From the NCBI GenBank assembly GCA_965112735.1, contig OZ218958.1:3472001-3536000 (forward strand): a stretch of DNA of 64,000 nt, read 5' to 3'. Made by a program: the position numbers and the translations under genes. The notes under the pieces were generated by a model. The model was given only the letters and a program-made list of their open reading frames with translations. It was not told where the DNA came from and ran no database searches. Below are positions 38,897-52,001 of this stretch, in pieces; the first letter of the stretch is position 1; each line of letters opens with the position of its first letter. The DNA comes from Phaeosaccion multiseriatum (lineage: Eukaryota; Protista; Ochrophyta, other classes).

Positions 38897-41800
38897 ATGG
38901 TAAGAGGACAGGGAGCGGTGAGGAAGGGCGCCATGGGGGGTGGATTTCCATCCAAGGATTTGAAAGGTGATGGGAGGTGATAATGGAAGTGGGCAGAAGA
39001 GGCGCAGAGCACTGCATTTTCCCTCTGCCCGTCTTGCTATTGGCAGCGAGGAGGCTTGCAGGGTCGCTACCTCCCTCTTTACTCTACCTGGGCGATGGTG
39101 GGAGAGAGGCAGTGGGACGGAAGTTGGGCTTCTAAAGATTGCGGCGGAGGGGAGGAGGAGGCTCCAGCTGATCCTGCTGCCGCGCGGCGACTCTACCTGC
39201 GTGCAATGAGGCTGGAGATGGAAGGAATGCCTGCGCTCGCGCAAGATGCAACCGAGGACGGGGGATGGACGGGCGAGGGAAGTCCACGCGCCAAGTCCAC
39301 AAGCTGGCTGAGAACAGAGGCAAGGTCCCGGATCGAGCCACTCCTGGGAAGAGTCAAGCAGTACTGCAGCATTTGAAACAGTATGGCAGAGAGAAAGATA
39401 TGCCTACTTTGCTTGTCTCTCTACACAGAGGTCAGGAGGATGCTCAGCGGAGGAGGTCTGGCCAGAGGCGGGTAGGCGGAACTGTGAGGGGCTGCCTCAA
39501 CACTCAGCGGTAACGGCGAGCTCTGTGATGCTGTTGGGCCAAACCGGCGTACATGGAGTCCAGCTTCTCTGGACGCCGGGCTGGGAGGGGGGGAGGGAGG
39601 ACGCGCGACCGAGGACGGCTTGTGTCCAGGGGCGGGCGCACCCGTCAGCGGCCAGTACGGGAGGAGTGCAGAGGGCATACGAGAGGAGTGCGGAGGGAAC
39701 CGACCTTCCGTTCCCCTCTGCTTTTCTCTTCGGCTTTGAGCGGTGCCCACATCTGCTTTACTTTGATGATTGAGCGGTGACCACGTCTGCTTTACTCTTC
39801 TCGCCGGCTTTGGTGCGGGTAACATCACTGCGGGTAGCATCACGGCACGCACGGTACGCAGCGGCCCCCGTGTGTTGTTGTGTCAGCGGCAGCTCCGGTG
39901 CTACAAGGAGCAGCAGCCCCTGCAGCGCTCCTGCAGCGCCAGAAGGGCCTATGGGGGGAGGTGACAGGAGGAAGCCCTTCAGCGGCCCAAACGTCAAGCA
40001 GGCAGCTGCTACCACCCCTTAGTGCTAGCGGGACAAAGGGAAAGAAAGGACTGCTGTGCCCCCGCCCCTGTCACCACCCTCGGCGCAGATGCAGTCTTAA
40101 GCCGGCCAGATGGCAACTGATGGCACCTACTAGGTGCATGGGAAGGGGGGCGATGGCAGAGGCATTCAAGAATGTTCGAGAATGTCTCGTTTCATGTCGC
40201 AGCTCCCAGCAGTAGTGGTGGCATAGCATCAGCATCAGCATCAGCAGTGGCAGAGCAGCAGATGTGCAACGCACTCCTGAGCCAGGGCGTGTACAGTGCT
40301 TACCACAAGTCCCGCCCCTCTCTCTCAGCTTCCCCTCTGCTCTCCTCAGCCAACCTCATTCCTCATCTCTCTTCTTTCTGCTCTCTCTCCTCCTCTCTGC
40401 AGGCTGACGGCCCGCCCGAGTTCAAGCTCATTCTGGTGGGGGACGGAGGGGTGGGCAAGACCACGTTCGTCAAGGTTAGCGATAGAGAGAGAGAGATAAG
40501 AGAGGGAGAGAGAGATTCCAGTCAGTCCTGCTTGCGTGGGGGATACGAGCAGAGTGAACAGTCCGGCGTGCCGGGGGGGGAAGTGGCGGGAAAGTGGCAG
40601 ATAGGGGGTGGGATGTTGCCGATGTTGCCGTGGCATGGTCCGAAGACGGCCGTATAGACGTGTGTGAGCAGTGCCCAACCCTACGGCCGCGGTCCGAAGA
40701 TAAGGATGCGATGATGATGCAGGCAGGGTGCGATGCAAGATGCCTCCCTCCCTCCTTGGGGCAGGGACGCGCGCTCACCAGTCAGCGTGCCGTCACGCTC
40801 CCGTTTCCAGAAGGGCATGTCCGTCCCTTGCCCCGCTCCTCCTGATTGCTAAGCGCCTCTCTAACTCTTACCTTCCCCTCCGCACTTCCACCGGCATGTT
40901 CTGCCATCCATTCAACCATCCGTCTGCTGCCATCCATCCAACCATCCATCTGCTGCGATCCATCCAACCATCCGTCTGCTGCCATCCATCCAACCATCCG
41001 TCTGCTGCCATCCATCCAACCATCCGTCTGCTGCCATCCCCCCGTGTACACACACGCAGCGTCACGTTACCGGAGAGTTTGAGAAGAAGTATGTGGCGAC
41101 GCTGGGGGTGGAGGTGCGGCCCCTGACCTTCCACACCAACAGGGGGCCCATCCTCTTCAACGTGTGGGACACAGCGGGGCAGGAGAAGTTCGGCGGGCTG
41201 CGGGACGGGTACTACATTCAAGGGCAGTGCGCCATCATCATGTTCGACGTTACCTCAAGGTGAGAGGGAGGGGGAGAGCAAGGGTGTGTGTAGACAGGGG
41301 CAGGGGCTGGTCAAGGCAGACGTGACGTGACGTGACGTCATCACCCCGTTCCTCCTGAATTGAATTGAATCGAATCGAGAAGTGAATTCATGTGCACCGT
41401 CCCTTCCCCTTGCATCATCGCAGAATCACATACAAGAACGTGCCCAACTGGCACAGAGACTTGACGCGTGTGTGTGAGAACATCCCAATCGTGCTGACGG
41501 GCAACAAGGTGGAGATCAAGGAGCGCAAGGTCAAGGCCAAGCAGATCACCTTCCACCGCAAGAAGAATCTGCAGTACTACGACATCAGCGCAAAGTCAAA
41601 CTACAACTTTGAGAAGCCCTTCCTATGGCTGGCCAAGAAGCTCGTGGGGTGAGTGTGGAGTGGGTGGGTGGGTGGGTGACGGAGGGACGGAGGGAAAAGG
41701 GAGGCAGTGGGTAGGTACGGGAGAAAGTGAGAGAGTGAGGGAGCGTGTAAATGGGTGAGTATGTCATGTCCCCCCTGCCTGCTTGGTCCTAAGGGGGTAA

Positions 41801-42027
41801 ATGGGTGAGTATGTCCCCCCTCCCCCCTGCCTGCTTGGTCCTAACCTCCGCGCTCCCCACCGCTGTCGACGTTTCCTCCCCCCAGTGACGCGAACTTGAC
41901 GTTTGTAGAGCAGCCCGCTTTGCAGCCTCCAGAGGTGTCCATCGACCCTGCCGATGTGCAGAAGTACGAGAGGGACCTCGCCGCAGCGGCCAATGTGCCA
42001 CTGCCCGAGGACGATGACGACCTCTGA
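38897..42027 (+). CDS. RAN: GTP-binding nuclear protein Ran
   Basis: [74 protein letters not shown], acidic tail PLPEDDDDL*. The first coding exon is inferred to be ATG alone (38897-38899); the next exon starts at 40403. Confidence 0.97.
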
Positions 42028-43079
42028 GACGTCTCTGAGGTGCCGAGGAAGGAAGGATCCGAATCAATCAAGTGTTGTGAGTGAGTGAGCAAGCTCCGTC
42101 CTGAGCAACTCGGAGGGAGGGACTTGACTCGCAAGGGAGCGGAGCAGGCCATGTTAGGTTAGTTTAGCAGCAGGGGCAGCGGCAGCGGCAGCGGCAGCGG
42201 CAGCAGTAGCTCAGCGACAGCAGTAGCGGCAGCACGGCGTGTGTGGCGGTGTTGGCAGGAAAGGCATGACAGGAGGGGCAGGAGGGGCAAGAGGGGACTG
42301 TTCTTCATGACGGGTTGTTTCTCTGTCAGCGACAGGTGGATCTCTTCGTCTGTCCTCAGGGGCGAAAGAGGTGTCGTGCCGCATGAAGGACTTGAGTTTG
42401 AGTTCGTGGTGTGTACGCCTTCGCCTCGCCTGAGATGTGGAGAAGGAGAAGGAGAAGGAGAGGGGAGGGGAGGGAGTGAGAGCACAAGGCCCTCTCGTGC
42501 CCTCCACGGCCTCAGGGGAGGAGACGGGGAGGGAGGGAGGGAAGGGGGGTGGGCAGCGCGAAACAGCCTCACTGCTGCCTGCCCATATGCCTGCCCTGCC
42601 TGCCCTGCCTGCCCTGAGGTTCAACAGACTGCTTAAGATTTTTGACTTTGGATGAGAGGGAGAGAGACATGTGTCGCCCGCCTGTGTGGTGTGTGGGGAC
42701 GTACATGTAAGGCGGCGGGGGGGAGTGGGGGGGGATAGAGGGTGAGTGCAGTGGGAGGGTGTAGGGTGGGGGGGGGGGAGGGAGAAGATGTATGGATGGG
42801 AGTGGCAGATACACGCAGTGCCGCATCTGCATGCATGGGTTGGTGCAGTGGGTAAAGCGCCAACGCTGGGCGTAGCAGCGCAGCAAGTCGCAAGAGAGAG
42901 AGAAACTGAAACTGAAACTGATGGATGGTCTTTCTAATGAAAACAGAAAACAACAACAACTTTTGTGCTTTTGTTATTACTCTGTGGAGGGAAGGCTCTG
43001 GCTCAGGCTGGGGCTCAAAGGGCTCAAGAACAAAGAGATTTCTTTCAGCTTCATCACTCTCCCGTTTGTGCTGCCTGAT

Positions 43080-43192
43080 CGACCCCTGACGCGCTACCTG
43101 CTATCTGCTACCGCCGGCGGCCGACAGCCGACAGCCGACAGCCGACAGCATGCTATCGGAACTATCGGAATGCGTCGATATTACGTCAGGTG
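43080..43192. mobile_element. Degenerate second copy of the MITE-like element
   Basis: CGACCCCTGACGCGCTACCTGCTATCTGCTACCGCCGGCG aligns with CGACCCCTGACACGCTATCCGCTATCCGCTATCGCCGGCG at 17506. Confidence 0.45.
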
Positions 43193-43577
43193 GCATTCCA
43201 TGCACCTTTTTTTCTTTTTTCTTTTATTCACTTGACACGCATTCTTCTTACAACAGCATACACAAATGTACAGACTATGCCTCAATACCTTCCTACCTTC
43301 GCCCCCTCTCAGCCGAAAGACGTCTGAGAACTGAAGCAGTGAAGCAGCCTGCATGACAAAGCTTTGCTCTTGAGCTTCCCTTCCCCACAACTGTCCGTGG
43401 AGTGCCTTCGCTTCTATGTACATGAGGGCACTCTGCGGCCCTCGACTCACAGAAAGGCCGTGGACGAGAGGGAGAGGGGGGCTGCCCATCTCACAGTGTC
43501 CCCCCCGCCTGCTGTGACTGCTGCCCCCGACCGCTGCGCTCCTCCCTGATCTGTTTGGGCCCGACACCCAAACAGCC

Positions 43578-44393
43578 TCAAGAGGCTTTGCTCTTCTGGG
43601 GCCGGAAGCACGGCAAAGACGCCAGCGCAGCGGCATGGAGAGTGAGGTCATACCAAAAGTGCCCCCCCACGGCTCTGAAGAAGAGGGGGCAAGCGGACAG
43701 CTCCAAAACACCGACGACAGTGCAAATCAAGAAAAACCGCGCAACCCACGGCTGCGCCAGCGGTGGTGCCTCCGAGAAGAGCCCCGTGAAGGATGTCAAG
43801 GGGTGCGAAACGCAAAAGAGCGCTGGGAGAGCAAATTCTTCCCCATCCCCTCCTGTTATACTGCAAATAGCCAACACACTGGCCGCAAAGAAGACGCTCC
43901 CAATGCCAGTGTACCAGTTCAGGCCAAAGCCGTCCTTAAGAATGAGGAGAGCGAGACCGAGAGAAAAGACCGCGAGTAGAGCGTCTCCAAGTGCTTTCAT
44001 CCCGCCACTAACGTCTGGATCGTAGCAATTAAACCCATTTTCCAGCTGCAGAAAGAAATGCAGAAAGCCGTGGAACAAGATGTTCCCCCCATTGCTCCAA
44101 TAAGGGCCTGTGCTGCTCTTGGCGCGGTCCCGCCAGCAGAGCACAGGAAGTGCAATCCCCCCCATGGCGAGATCGATCCCGAAAGCGATGATATGCGAGT
44201 TGACACGTGCATTGGAGCAGCCTTCTGATTTGCTTGGCATCCCGGGATGCCCGGCCACGCAGAAGCCGTAAAGCAGGCCCGTCTCGTAGCCGCCCGAGGC
44301 CGCATAAAAAAACACGACGCCGTAGAGAAGAGAGAGCCCAAAAGCCATGGTCCAGGCTGGCCTCTCCTTCATCCTTTGCACAACACGATCCAT
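43578..44393 (-). CDS. Intronless multi-pass membrane protein of unknown function (271 aa)
   Basis: Complex-sequence ORF with ~7 hydrophobic segments and His motifs NSH, HGFLH, SHP, GGHFWYD. Confidence 0.75.
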   Translation of the reverse strand: MDRVVQRMKERPAWTMAFGLSLLYGVVFFYAASGGYETGLLYGFCVAGHPGMPSKSEGCSNARVNSHIIAFGIDLAMGGIALPVLCWRDRAKSSTGPYWSNGGNILFHGFLHFFLQLENGFNCYDPDVSGGMKALGDALLAVFSLGLALLILKDGFGLNWYTGIGSVFFAASVLAICSITGGDGEEFALPALFCVSHPLTSFTGLFSEAPPLAQPWVARFFLICTVVGVLELSACPLFFRAVGGHFWYDLTLHAAALASLPCFRPQKSKAS

Positions 44394-44822
44394 CTCTTCT
44401 TTCCCCCCCCTTTCTGGTTAAGGCCTCCTTTTTTTGTAAGCAGAAAGTTAGGAAGTGCCGCCACGCCAACACCGTCCGTCTAGCAGTCAAAACCCTAACC
44501 AGGTGGAGAGGAGGAGATTCTAGATTCTAGAGGTATCAGCGGCCTAGAGAGCGGAGGAGTTGGTTCAACGTGCATGAAATCACTCCGACCACCCTGTGAG
44601 TCTGGATGATGAGGCGGTGAACTTGCTTTACCGGTGAATTGGCATTCTGTCGCTCAAGTATTTTTCCAAGAAGAAGAGAGCAAGAGCAGGAGAGGGAGGG
44701 GAAAGGGGAGGAAAAGACAGAATAAGGCGAGAGAGAAAGACAAAAGCATTTCGGTAGAGGTCAGACGAGTGGAAGACGAGCAAGTACAGCGCAGAAGGTG
44801 GAGTTCCTGAAGTGAATTGGGG

Positions 44823-47800
44823 ATGATGTCGTGTCCTCCACAGCGCGGGAGAAAGAAACACGACCACCACCAGCAGCAGCAGCACCACCAGCATCAGCAG
44901 CATCAGCAGCATCGGCACCGCCACCAGCAGCAGAAAGGATGGGACAGTTGCCAATGTGGCTGTGTACATGCACGTGGGAGGAGCCCAAGCGATGCTCTAC
45001 CTTCTCGTGTAGCAGAGGGAAATGAGGAGGACGAAGAGGAGGAGGCCAAAGGTGTTGTGGGAGATGCAACAGGACGAGAGGCTTTGCCACAAGAGCAGCA
45101 ACAGCAACCCCAAGCGAGGAGGATAAGAAGGAAAAGGGCCCGAAGTAGGCCTCTGAAGGTTCCTTTACTTTCCCCTGCGCTGCTGTTGGCGCTGGCTCGG
45201 GCTCCGTCCGGCAGCTTGGTAGCACAGGCCGTGTCCGTAGCCCCCGAGTGTGCCACAGGGGGTGTGTGGGCCGTCAATGCCGCAGCAGTGTATAGCTGGA
45301 CCGCCGCCTACCCGCAGAGCTGCGTGTGCGAGGAAACGGGCGTGTCTATGACAGACTGCACGGTGAGTAGCAAGCACCTTCCAAGCACGTTCCAACTGGC
45401 ACGGGCCCAAGGATGAGGGGATGGCGGGAATTGGCCTGGCTGTGTCCTTGTGCTCGTCTGCGTCCCTAGCTCTGGCCATCTACAGACCCTTGGCCGTGTA
45501 TGGGCGGCTCCGTGGCAGCTCTGTGTCTTGCGGCCCGCTGCTCTCATGCACCACCCCGCCCGCTGCCCCTGCGTTATCGTGCAAGCAGTCCCTCTCACCG
45601 CCCCCCCTCCCCCTTCGTCTTATACCCGACCTTGCCCCCCCGCCCCTCCCCCCGCAGCGCTTCGACTGTCCCTGTATTTGCGACTTGACGGCGGGCAAGT
45701 GTGACTACAACTGCTGCTGCGACAGGTCAGAGGCCCCCACCCCCTTTGGAGAGCACCCCCCCCCCCCCCCTGTCAGTCGGTTACGTCTATTGAGCGGCAA
45801 GCGGCATGTGCCCCACTCACTCAGTCCATGGCGAGCGCTCGCTGCCGTGTCACCAAACCTCTCAGTGTAGCTCTCTCCTCACCCTCCCCCCCTCAGTGAG
45901 TGCTCCTCCTCCGAAGTGGCCCGCTTCACCGCCCTCTCAGCGTGCGTGGAAGAAGGTCCCTCCGACAGCTCAGTGACTTACTGCTACGACTCTGACCAGC
46001 TGCGCAGTGTCAACCCGTCTTACCCCATGAGCGTCTCGGACACGTCTGAGGCGGCTCTGCAGGGCCTGCTGTGCGTGCAGTATGACAACTCACACAGCAA
46101 GGGGCGCTTCTTCACTGACCCGGGCACCTTCTCTGCCGCCATCTTCTCCGACTCGAAGGCCGAGAAGGAGTTCAGGTGAGAGGCTTGAGGGGGTGGGCGT
46201 GAGCAAGTCAGTGGGTGGATGGGTGGATGGGTGGATGGGTGGATGGGTGGGTGGGTGGATGGGTAGGTGGGTAGATGGGTGGATGGGTGGATGGGTGGGT
46301 GGGTGGGTGGGTGGGTGGGTGGATGGGTGGATGGGTAGGTGGATGGATGGGTGGATGGGTGGGTGGGTGGATGGGTAGGTGGGTGGATGGGTGGGTGGGT
46401 GGATGGGTGGATGGGTGGATGGGTGGGTGGATATCTTTGGGGGCGCTCTACTCTGCTTTACTTTGCCCTGTATGGCCAACCGCACTGCTCTGCTCTGCCC
46501 TCCGCAAGACTTGTGGTCCTTCCCAGAGCCCTGCCCTGTGTTCGTCCCTCCCTCTTCCTTCGCTCCACCCCCTGTTCCACTCCCTTCCCTCCATCCCCCC
46601 TTTAGCCTCGATAGCACTGCTGACCCTAACCCCCCCTCTTGCTGTTCTGTGTGTGTGTGCGTGTGTGCTCAGCTTCGAGGACAATGCCGACGTGACTTCC
46701 TCAGCGGGCCTCACGGAGGGAGACGCCACGCTGGACAGGGGAGACCGATTGCCCGCAGGTCAGAGGGGAGAGGAGGGCAGAGGGGAGAGGAGGGCAGAGG
46801 GGAGAGGAGAGGAGAGGGGAGAGGAGGGCAGAGGGGGGAGGAGGTCAGAGGGGAGAGGAGGGCAGAGGGGAGAGGAGGGCAGAGGGGAGAGGAGAGGAGA
46901 GGGGAGAGGAGGTCAGAGGGGAGAGGAGGGCAGAGGGGAGAGGAGAGGAGAGGGGAGAGGAGGGCAGAGGGGAGAGGAGGTCAGAGGGGAGAGGAGGGCA
47001 GAGGGGAGAGGAGGTCAGAGGGGAGAGGAGGTCAGAGGGGAGAGGAGGGCAGAGGGGAGAGGAGGGCAGAGGGGAGAGGAGGGCAGAGGGGAGAGGAGGG
47101 CAGAAGGGAGAGGAGGGCAGAGGGGAGAGGAGGGCAGAGGGGAGAGGAGGGCAGAGGGGAGAGGAGGGCAGAGGGGAGAGGAGAGGAGAGGGGAGAGGAG
47201 GGCAGAGGGGAGAGGAGGGCAGAGGGGAGAGGAGAGGAGAGGGGAGAGGAGGTCAGAGGGGAGAGGAGGGCAGGGGGGAGAGGAGGGCAGAGGGGAGAGG
47301 AGGGCACAGCGCCGCGCAACTTAGACGCTCATTCGGTGTCGTCACTGCAGCTCACTCAATCCTCCTCCTCTCCTCTCCTCTCCTCTCCCCGCCAACCCTC
47401 AGTGTTTTCAGCTGACTCAGTCACCCCCTCCCCTCCTCCTACCCCCTCTCCCAGCTGACTCAATCCTCCCCCTTTCCCCGTCCCGTGCCCACCCCTTAGC
47501 GTTCCTCGCGTCTGGCAGCTCGGCGGTGACGGATGGAGTGGTGTCAGCGTTCGGCGGCTTCATGCCCCTCCCCGCCTCCTCCCTGGGGGGTGTGTGCAGC
47601 GAGCGTAACTACGCGCTGTTCGAGGAAGGGCAGGAGACGGCATGCATGCGCTCCACAAGCGCTCTCGGGCAGGATTGCGCCACCGCCTTCGGAGCGTACA
47701 GGTGGGTGGGTGGGTGGGGGGGAGGAAGGAGTGTTTTTGTTTGGGTGTTGGTGCTCAATCTGACCTGCTCCCCTGTGAGTCGGGTGCTGTGTGCTGGGCC

Positions 47801-49250
47801 TGCTTCCTTCTAGTGCCATCTCCCCTGACAGTGTGTACAGGTGTTGAGGCACATGGGCATCATAGGGGCATCCCCGTCCGCGGCTCTCATGGCGTCTCTA
47901 ATGGGCTCTAATGGCGTCTCTAATGGGCTCTAATGGCGTCTCTAATGGGCTCTAATGGCGTCTCTAATGGGCTCTAATGGCGTCTCTAATGGGCTCTAAT
48001 GGCGTCTCTCTCTCTCTCTCTCTGCGTGTGTGTGCATGCGTCCCTCTCGTTCTCTCTGTGTGTGCGTGCGTGCGTGCGCGCCCACACCCCAGGTACGCCA
48101 CGGATTTGTACATCGGCGCTTCAGGCTCAGTGCTGGCGAGCTCCTCCCCCTCCTCCTCAGACTTCGTCAAGGTGGAGCTCTCCTCCGTCACGCACAGGGA
48201 CTTTGACACGGGGGAGGGGGTCGACTTGGGCAGGTGGGTGGGGCACAGATGGCGAGCACGGACACCAACACGAACAGTAACCCTTAACAATCCCCTCATT
48301 GCCATTGTTGGCGTTCGAGTGCAATGCGTGCAATGGGGGTTGAGCCGTTAGGATTAGGCATTGGGCATTGAGCATTCAGCATTGAGCATTGAGCATTGAG
48401 CATTGAGCATTAAGCTCTAAGTATTGGGCATTGAGCGTTAAGCGTCGAACCTTGAGCATTTAGCATCGAGCATCAAACAGTGGACCTCCCTGGTTGCACG
48501 GCACGCACAAGCACACGCGCGCTCTCTATTTCATCTCTCTCTGTCTTTCTCTCTTCCTGCCGTCACTCCCTCTCTCCCTGTCTCTCTCTACCTCTCTTTC
48601 TCTCTCCCGCTCCCTCTCTCTCATCCCTCTCTCTCTCTCCCTCTCCATCTCTCCCCCACTCTACGCACCCCTCTCTCTCTCTCTCTCCCCTCAGCGACTT
48701 GGACTGCGACACTTTCTACCTTGACGGCAGCGGCTCTTCCTCCTCCCCCGACGGCACCGACCGCAGCGCCTGCTCCTTGCCCTCCGGAGGCACTGTTGCC
48801 ACCCCTGCCAGCAGCGCCAGCAGCGCCAGCAGCACCAACGTCACCGACGAAGCCGTGTGCCACAACGCACTCAAGTCTGTGTGCTACACTGTCACGCATG
48901 ATGGGGAGGGGACGGTTACGGCGGTTACGGCCGATGTTGTGGTCACGGATGTGCCCAGCAGCGCCGCAGACGCAAGCACAGGGGTGGTCGGACTTGAGCA
49001 AACCTTCCGCGTTAAGGTAAGCGATTGGCGATTGGATCGGTGGGGAAGGGGTCGGGGATCGATCGGGGATCGATCGGGGATCGATCGGGGATTGGTCGGG
49101 ATGGGTCCTTGACACCCGCACTTTTTACTGACTGAGCAATCTCCGCCCCTTGTTGTGCTGCCTGTGTGCGCAGTTTGAGAGCCCCGCCAACGTGACACAG
49201 ACGGAGGCGGCAGGGAACTTGGTGGAGAGGGCTCGCTCAGGTGTGTGTGT

Positions 49251-49334
<84 letters not shown>

Positions 49335-51568
49335 GTGCGTGTGTGTATGTGTGTGTGTGCGTGTGTGTGTATGTGTGTGTGTGTCTGTGTGAGTGTCCGT
49401 GTGTGTGTGTGCGTGCGTGTGTGCGTGTGTGTGTGTGTATGTGTGTGTGTGTGTGCGTGTGTGTGTATGAGTGTATGTATGTGTGTATGTGTGCTTGTGT
49501 GTGTGTGTGTGTGAGTGTGTGTGCGTGTGTGTGTATGTGTGTGTGAGAGAGAGCCTGTGTGTCCCCCCTATCCATCCTCACTCCCCCCCCTCCGTCCCTC
49601 TTCCCTACTGCCCAGGCAACCCGGGCTACTTGATCGGCAAGCCCGTGGTGGTGGGCAATCTCGAATCGGAGTCCTTCGTGGCGGCCCCTGTGCAGGGCAT
49701 GTCAGTGATGAAGGGCAGCGCCACAGAGGGGGGCAAGTGTACAGGAGACCCCTCGGACAGGACGACAGTTACATTCGGTTACGATCTCATGAGCTGCTGC
49801 TCACTCACCCTGAACCGCACGTAAGTGGGGGTCTGAGTGGGCCTGAGTGGGCCTGTGTGGGCCTGTGTGGGCCTGTGTGGGCCTGTGTGGGCCTGTGTGG
49901 GGGGCGGAGTGGGGGTTGGAGTACGGCTCCCCCCTCCCCCTGTTCTCTTGTTCCGTCCATCGCATCAAATCGAATGTGCTCGCAGTGGCCACGGCGCTGC
50001 TCTCTGCACTGAATGGAAGGAAGCGAAGGAAGGGAAGGAAGGGAAGGAAGGGAAGGAAGGCCCTTCTTGCCCTCTCCACTCGGCACACGCCCCAGTGGTG
50101 GTCAAACTCAACGCCTCAACTCGGACTCCCTCCCCCCTCCCCTCACAACAGTTCTCTGGAGGAGATGTGCTCTGGTGGCGGCCCCTACGTGCAGAGCGAC
50201 GGTTTCACTCCCTTCACCTTCAACTTGTCGTCCTTCTCCCTGGTGGGGATTTACGGCTCCGCGGACCCGCTGGACCCCTCCCAGTGGCTCGACATGTCCG
50301 TTAGTGAGGGCACGGGCACCTCCTCCTGGGACGAGAGCACCGGCACATGCCTCAACCAGGTGGGTGGCTGGAGTATGTCAATGGGTGGGTGGGTGGGTAT
50401 GTCAATGGGTGGGTGGGTGGCTGGAGTATGTCAATGGGTGGGTGGGTGGGTATGTCAATGGGTGGGTGGGTGGCTGGAGTATGTCAATGGGTGGGTGGGT
50501 GGGTGGGTATGTCAATGGGTGGGTGGGTGGCTGGAGTATGTCAATGGGTGGGTGGGTGGGTGGGTGGGTATGTCAATGGGTGGGTTCGTGTGTGTGGGTG
50601 GGTGGGTGGGTGGGAGTATAATGTCAATGGATGAATGGGTTGGTTGGTTGCTGGGTGATTAGAGCGCAGTTTGCAGTTTCGGTTTCGGTTTCGGTTTCAA
50701 TCTACCATCTGCTACCATCCGGAGTGCACCATCTGGTACCATCCCTCAGCCCCACCTTCCCTCCTCTCCCCTTCTCCCGACAGATGTCGAGCCAGCATGT
50801 GTCTCTGCTGTACACCCCGGTGGGCGCCAAGGCCAACCCTCAGAACAAGATTGTGGCAGCAGAGGCGCACTTGTCCAAGAGCCCGTGGAGGTGGAGCAGT
50901 GAGGACAGGGAGGAGCAGACCTTTACTCTCTGCACCACCGTCACCTTCATCCGCTACGAGGAGGTGTGTGTGCGTGTGGTGTGTGTGCGTATGTCTGCGT
51001 ATGTGTGTGCATGTGAATGGGTGTGCGTGTACTGCACCAATGTATGCGAGGCAGAGCAGATCTTCCTCCTCCTCCAGCGCGAGGGGGTGGAGGGCGGGAG
51101 GCAGAAGCAGAGGAACAGGCCTTTGAAGCAGAGGAACAGGCCTTTGAAGCAGAGGAAGAGGCCTTTGAAGCAGAGGAACAGGCCTTTGAAGCAGAGGAAC
51201 AGGCCTTTGAAGCAGAGGAACAGGCCTTTGAAGCAGAGGAACAGGCCCTTGAAGCAGAGGAACAGGCCTTTGAAGCAGAGGAACAGGCCTTTGACGCAGA
51301 GGAACACGCCTTTGAAGCAGAGGAACACGCCTTTGAAGCAGAGGAACAGGCCTTTGAAGCAGAAGAACACGCCTTTGAAGCAGAGGAACAGGCCTTTGAA
51401 GCAGAGGAACAGGCCTTTGTGCTTTGCCTTTGTTTGTGCTTGTGCTGTGCCTTTGTGCTTTGCCATGCACCTCCCTGCAGCATGTCTCAGCGGAGGTGTC
51501 GCTGCCTGTGCTTGGGCTGCTCTCCTAACGTACACCCTCCCTCCTTCCTTTCGTCCCCGCCTGTCTGT

Positions 51569-51603
<35 letters not shown>

Positions 51604-51649
51604 CTTTCTCCCTTCCTTCCCTTCCTCTCGCTGCCTTGACACCCCTTAC

Positions 51650-51686
<37 letters not shown>

Positions 51687-51906
51687 TACGCACGCACAAA
51701 AACGGTTATCCCCACAGTCGTCCACGCACTACACGGTGCCCCCTCCCCCCCTGGGCCTGAAGCTTCCGTGGGACGTGTTCTACCCCTTCGACATCTCCGC
51801 CGCCGCAGCGCCATGTCCCCGTCATTGGGCCTCTCTTCATTGGGCATCCTTCGCTCTGAGCGCTGCCGTCACTGCGGCAGCTTTGTGGCCTCTCCAACAG
51901 GCATGA
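44823..51906 (+). CDS. TCTN: Tectonic-family ciliary transition-zone protein, multi-exon
   Basis: [50 protein letters not shown] and C-terminal [16 protein letters not shown] plus a hydrophobic tail. Stop at 51904-51906. The start codon is uncertain. Confidence 0.9.
46759..47305. repeat. Purine-rich satellite beginning at a tectonic splice donor
   Basis: Units of G(T/G)CAGAGGGGAGAGGAG run from the GT donor at 46759. Confidence 0.85.
51104..51418. repeat. 21-bp minisatellite GAAGCAGAGGAACAGGCCTTT x15 in the last tectonic intron
   Basis: Seen directly. Confidence 0.92.
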
Positions 51907-52001
51907 GCCTCTCCAACAGGCATGAGCCTCTCCAACAGGCATGAGCCTCTCCAACAGGCATGAGCCTCTCCAACAGGCATGAGCCTCTCCAACAGGCATG
52001 A
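51888..52001. repeat. 19-bp tandem repeat GCCTCTCCAACAGGCATGA x6, including the tectonic stop codon
   Basis: The first copy encodes the last codons and the TGA. Confidence 0.9.

Noticed and set aside
40711-40845. Possible C/D snoRNA in Ran intron 2 (ATGATGA...CTGA)
   Set aside because: No terminal stem or recognisable rRNA guide was found; the boxes alone are expected by chance.
51017-51760. ORF reading (EAEEQAF)n as a coiled-coil protein or alternative exon
   Set aside because: The 21-bp repeat is open in five of six frames, and the tectonic exons join correctly without it.
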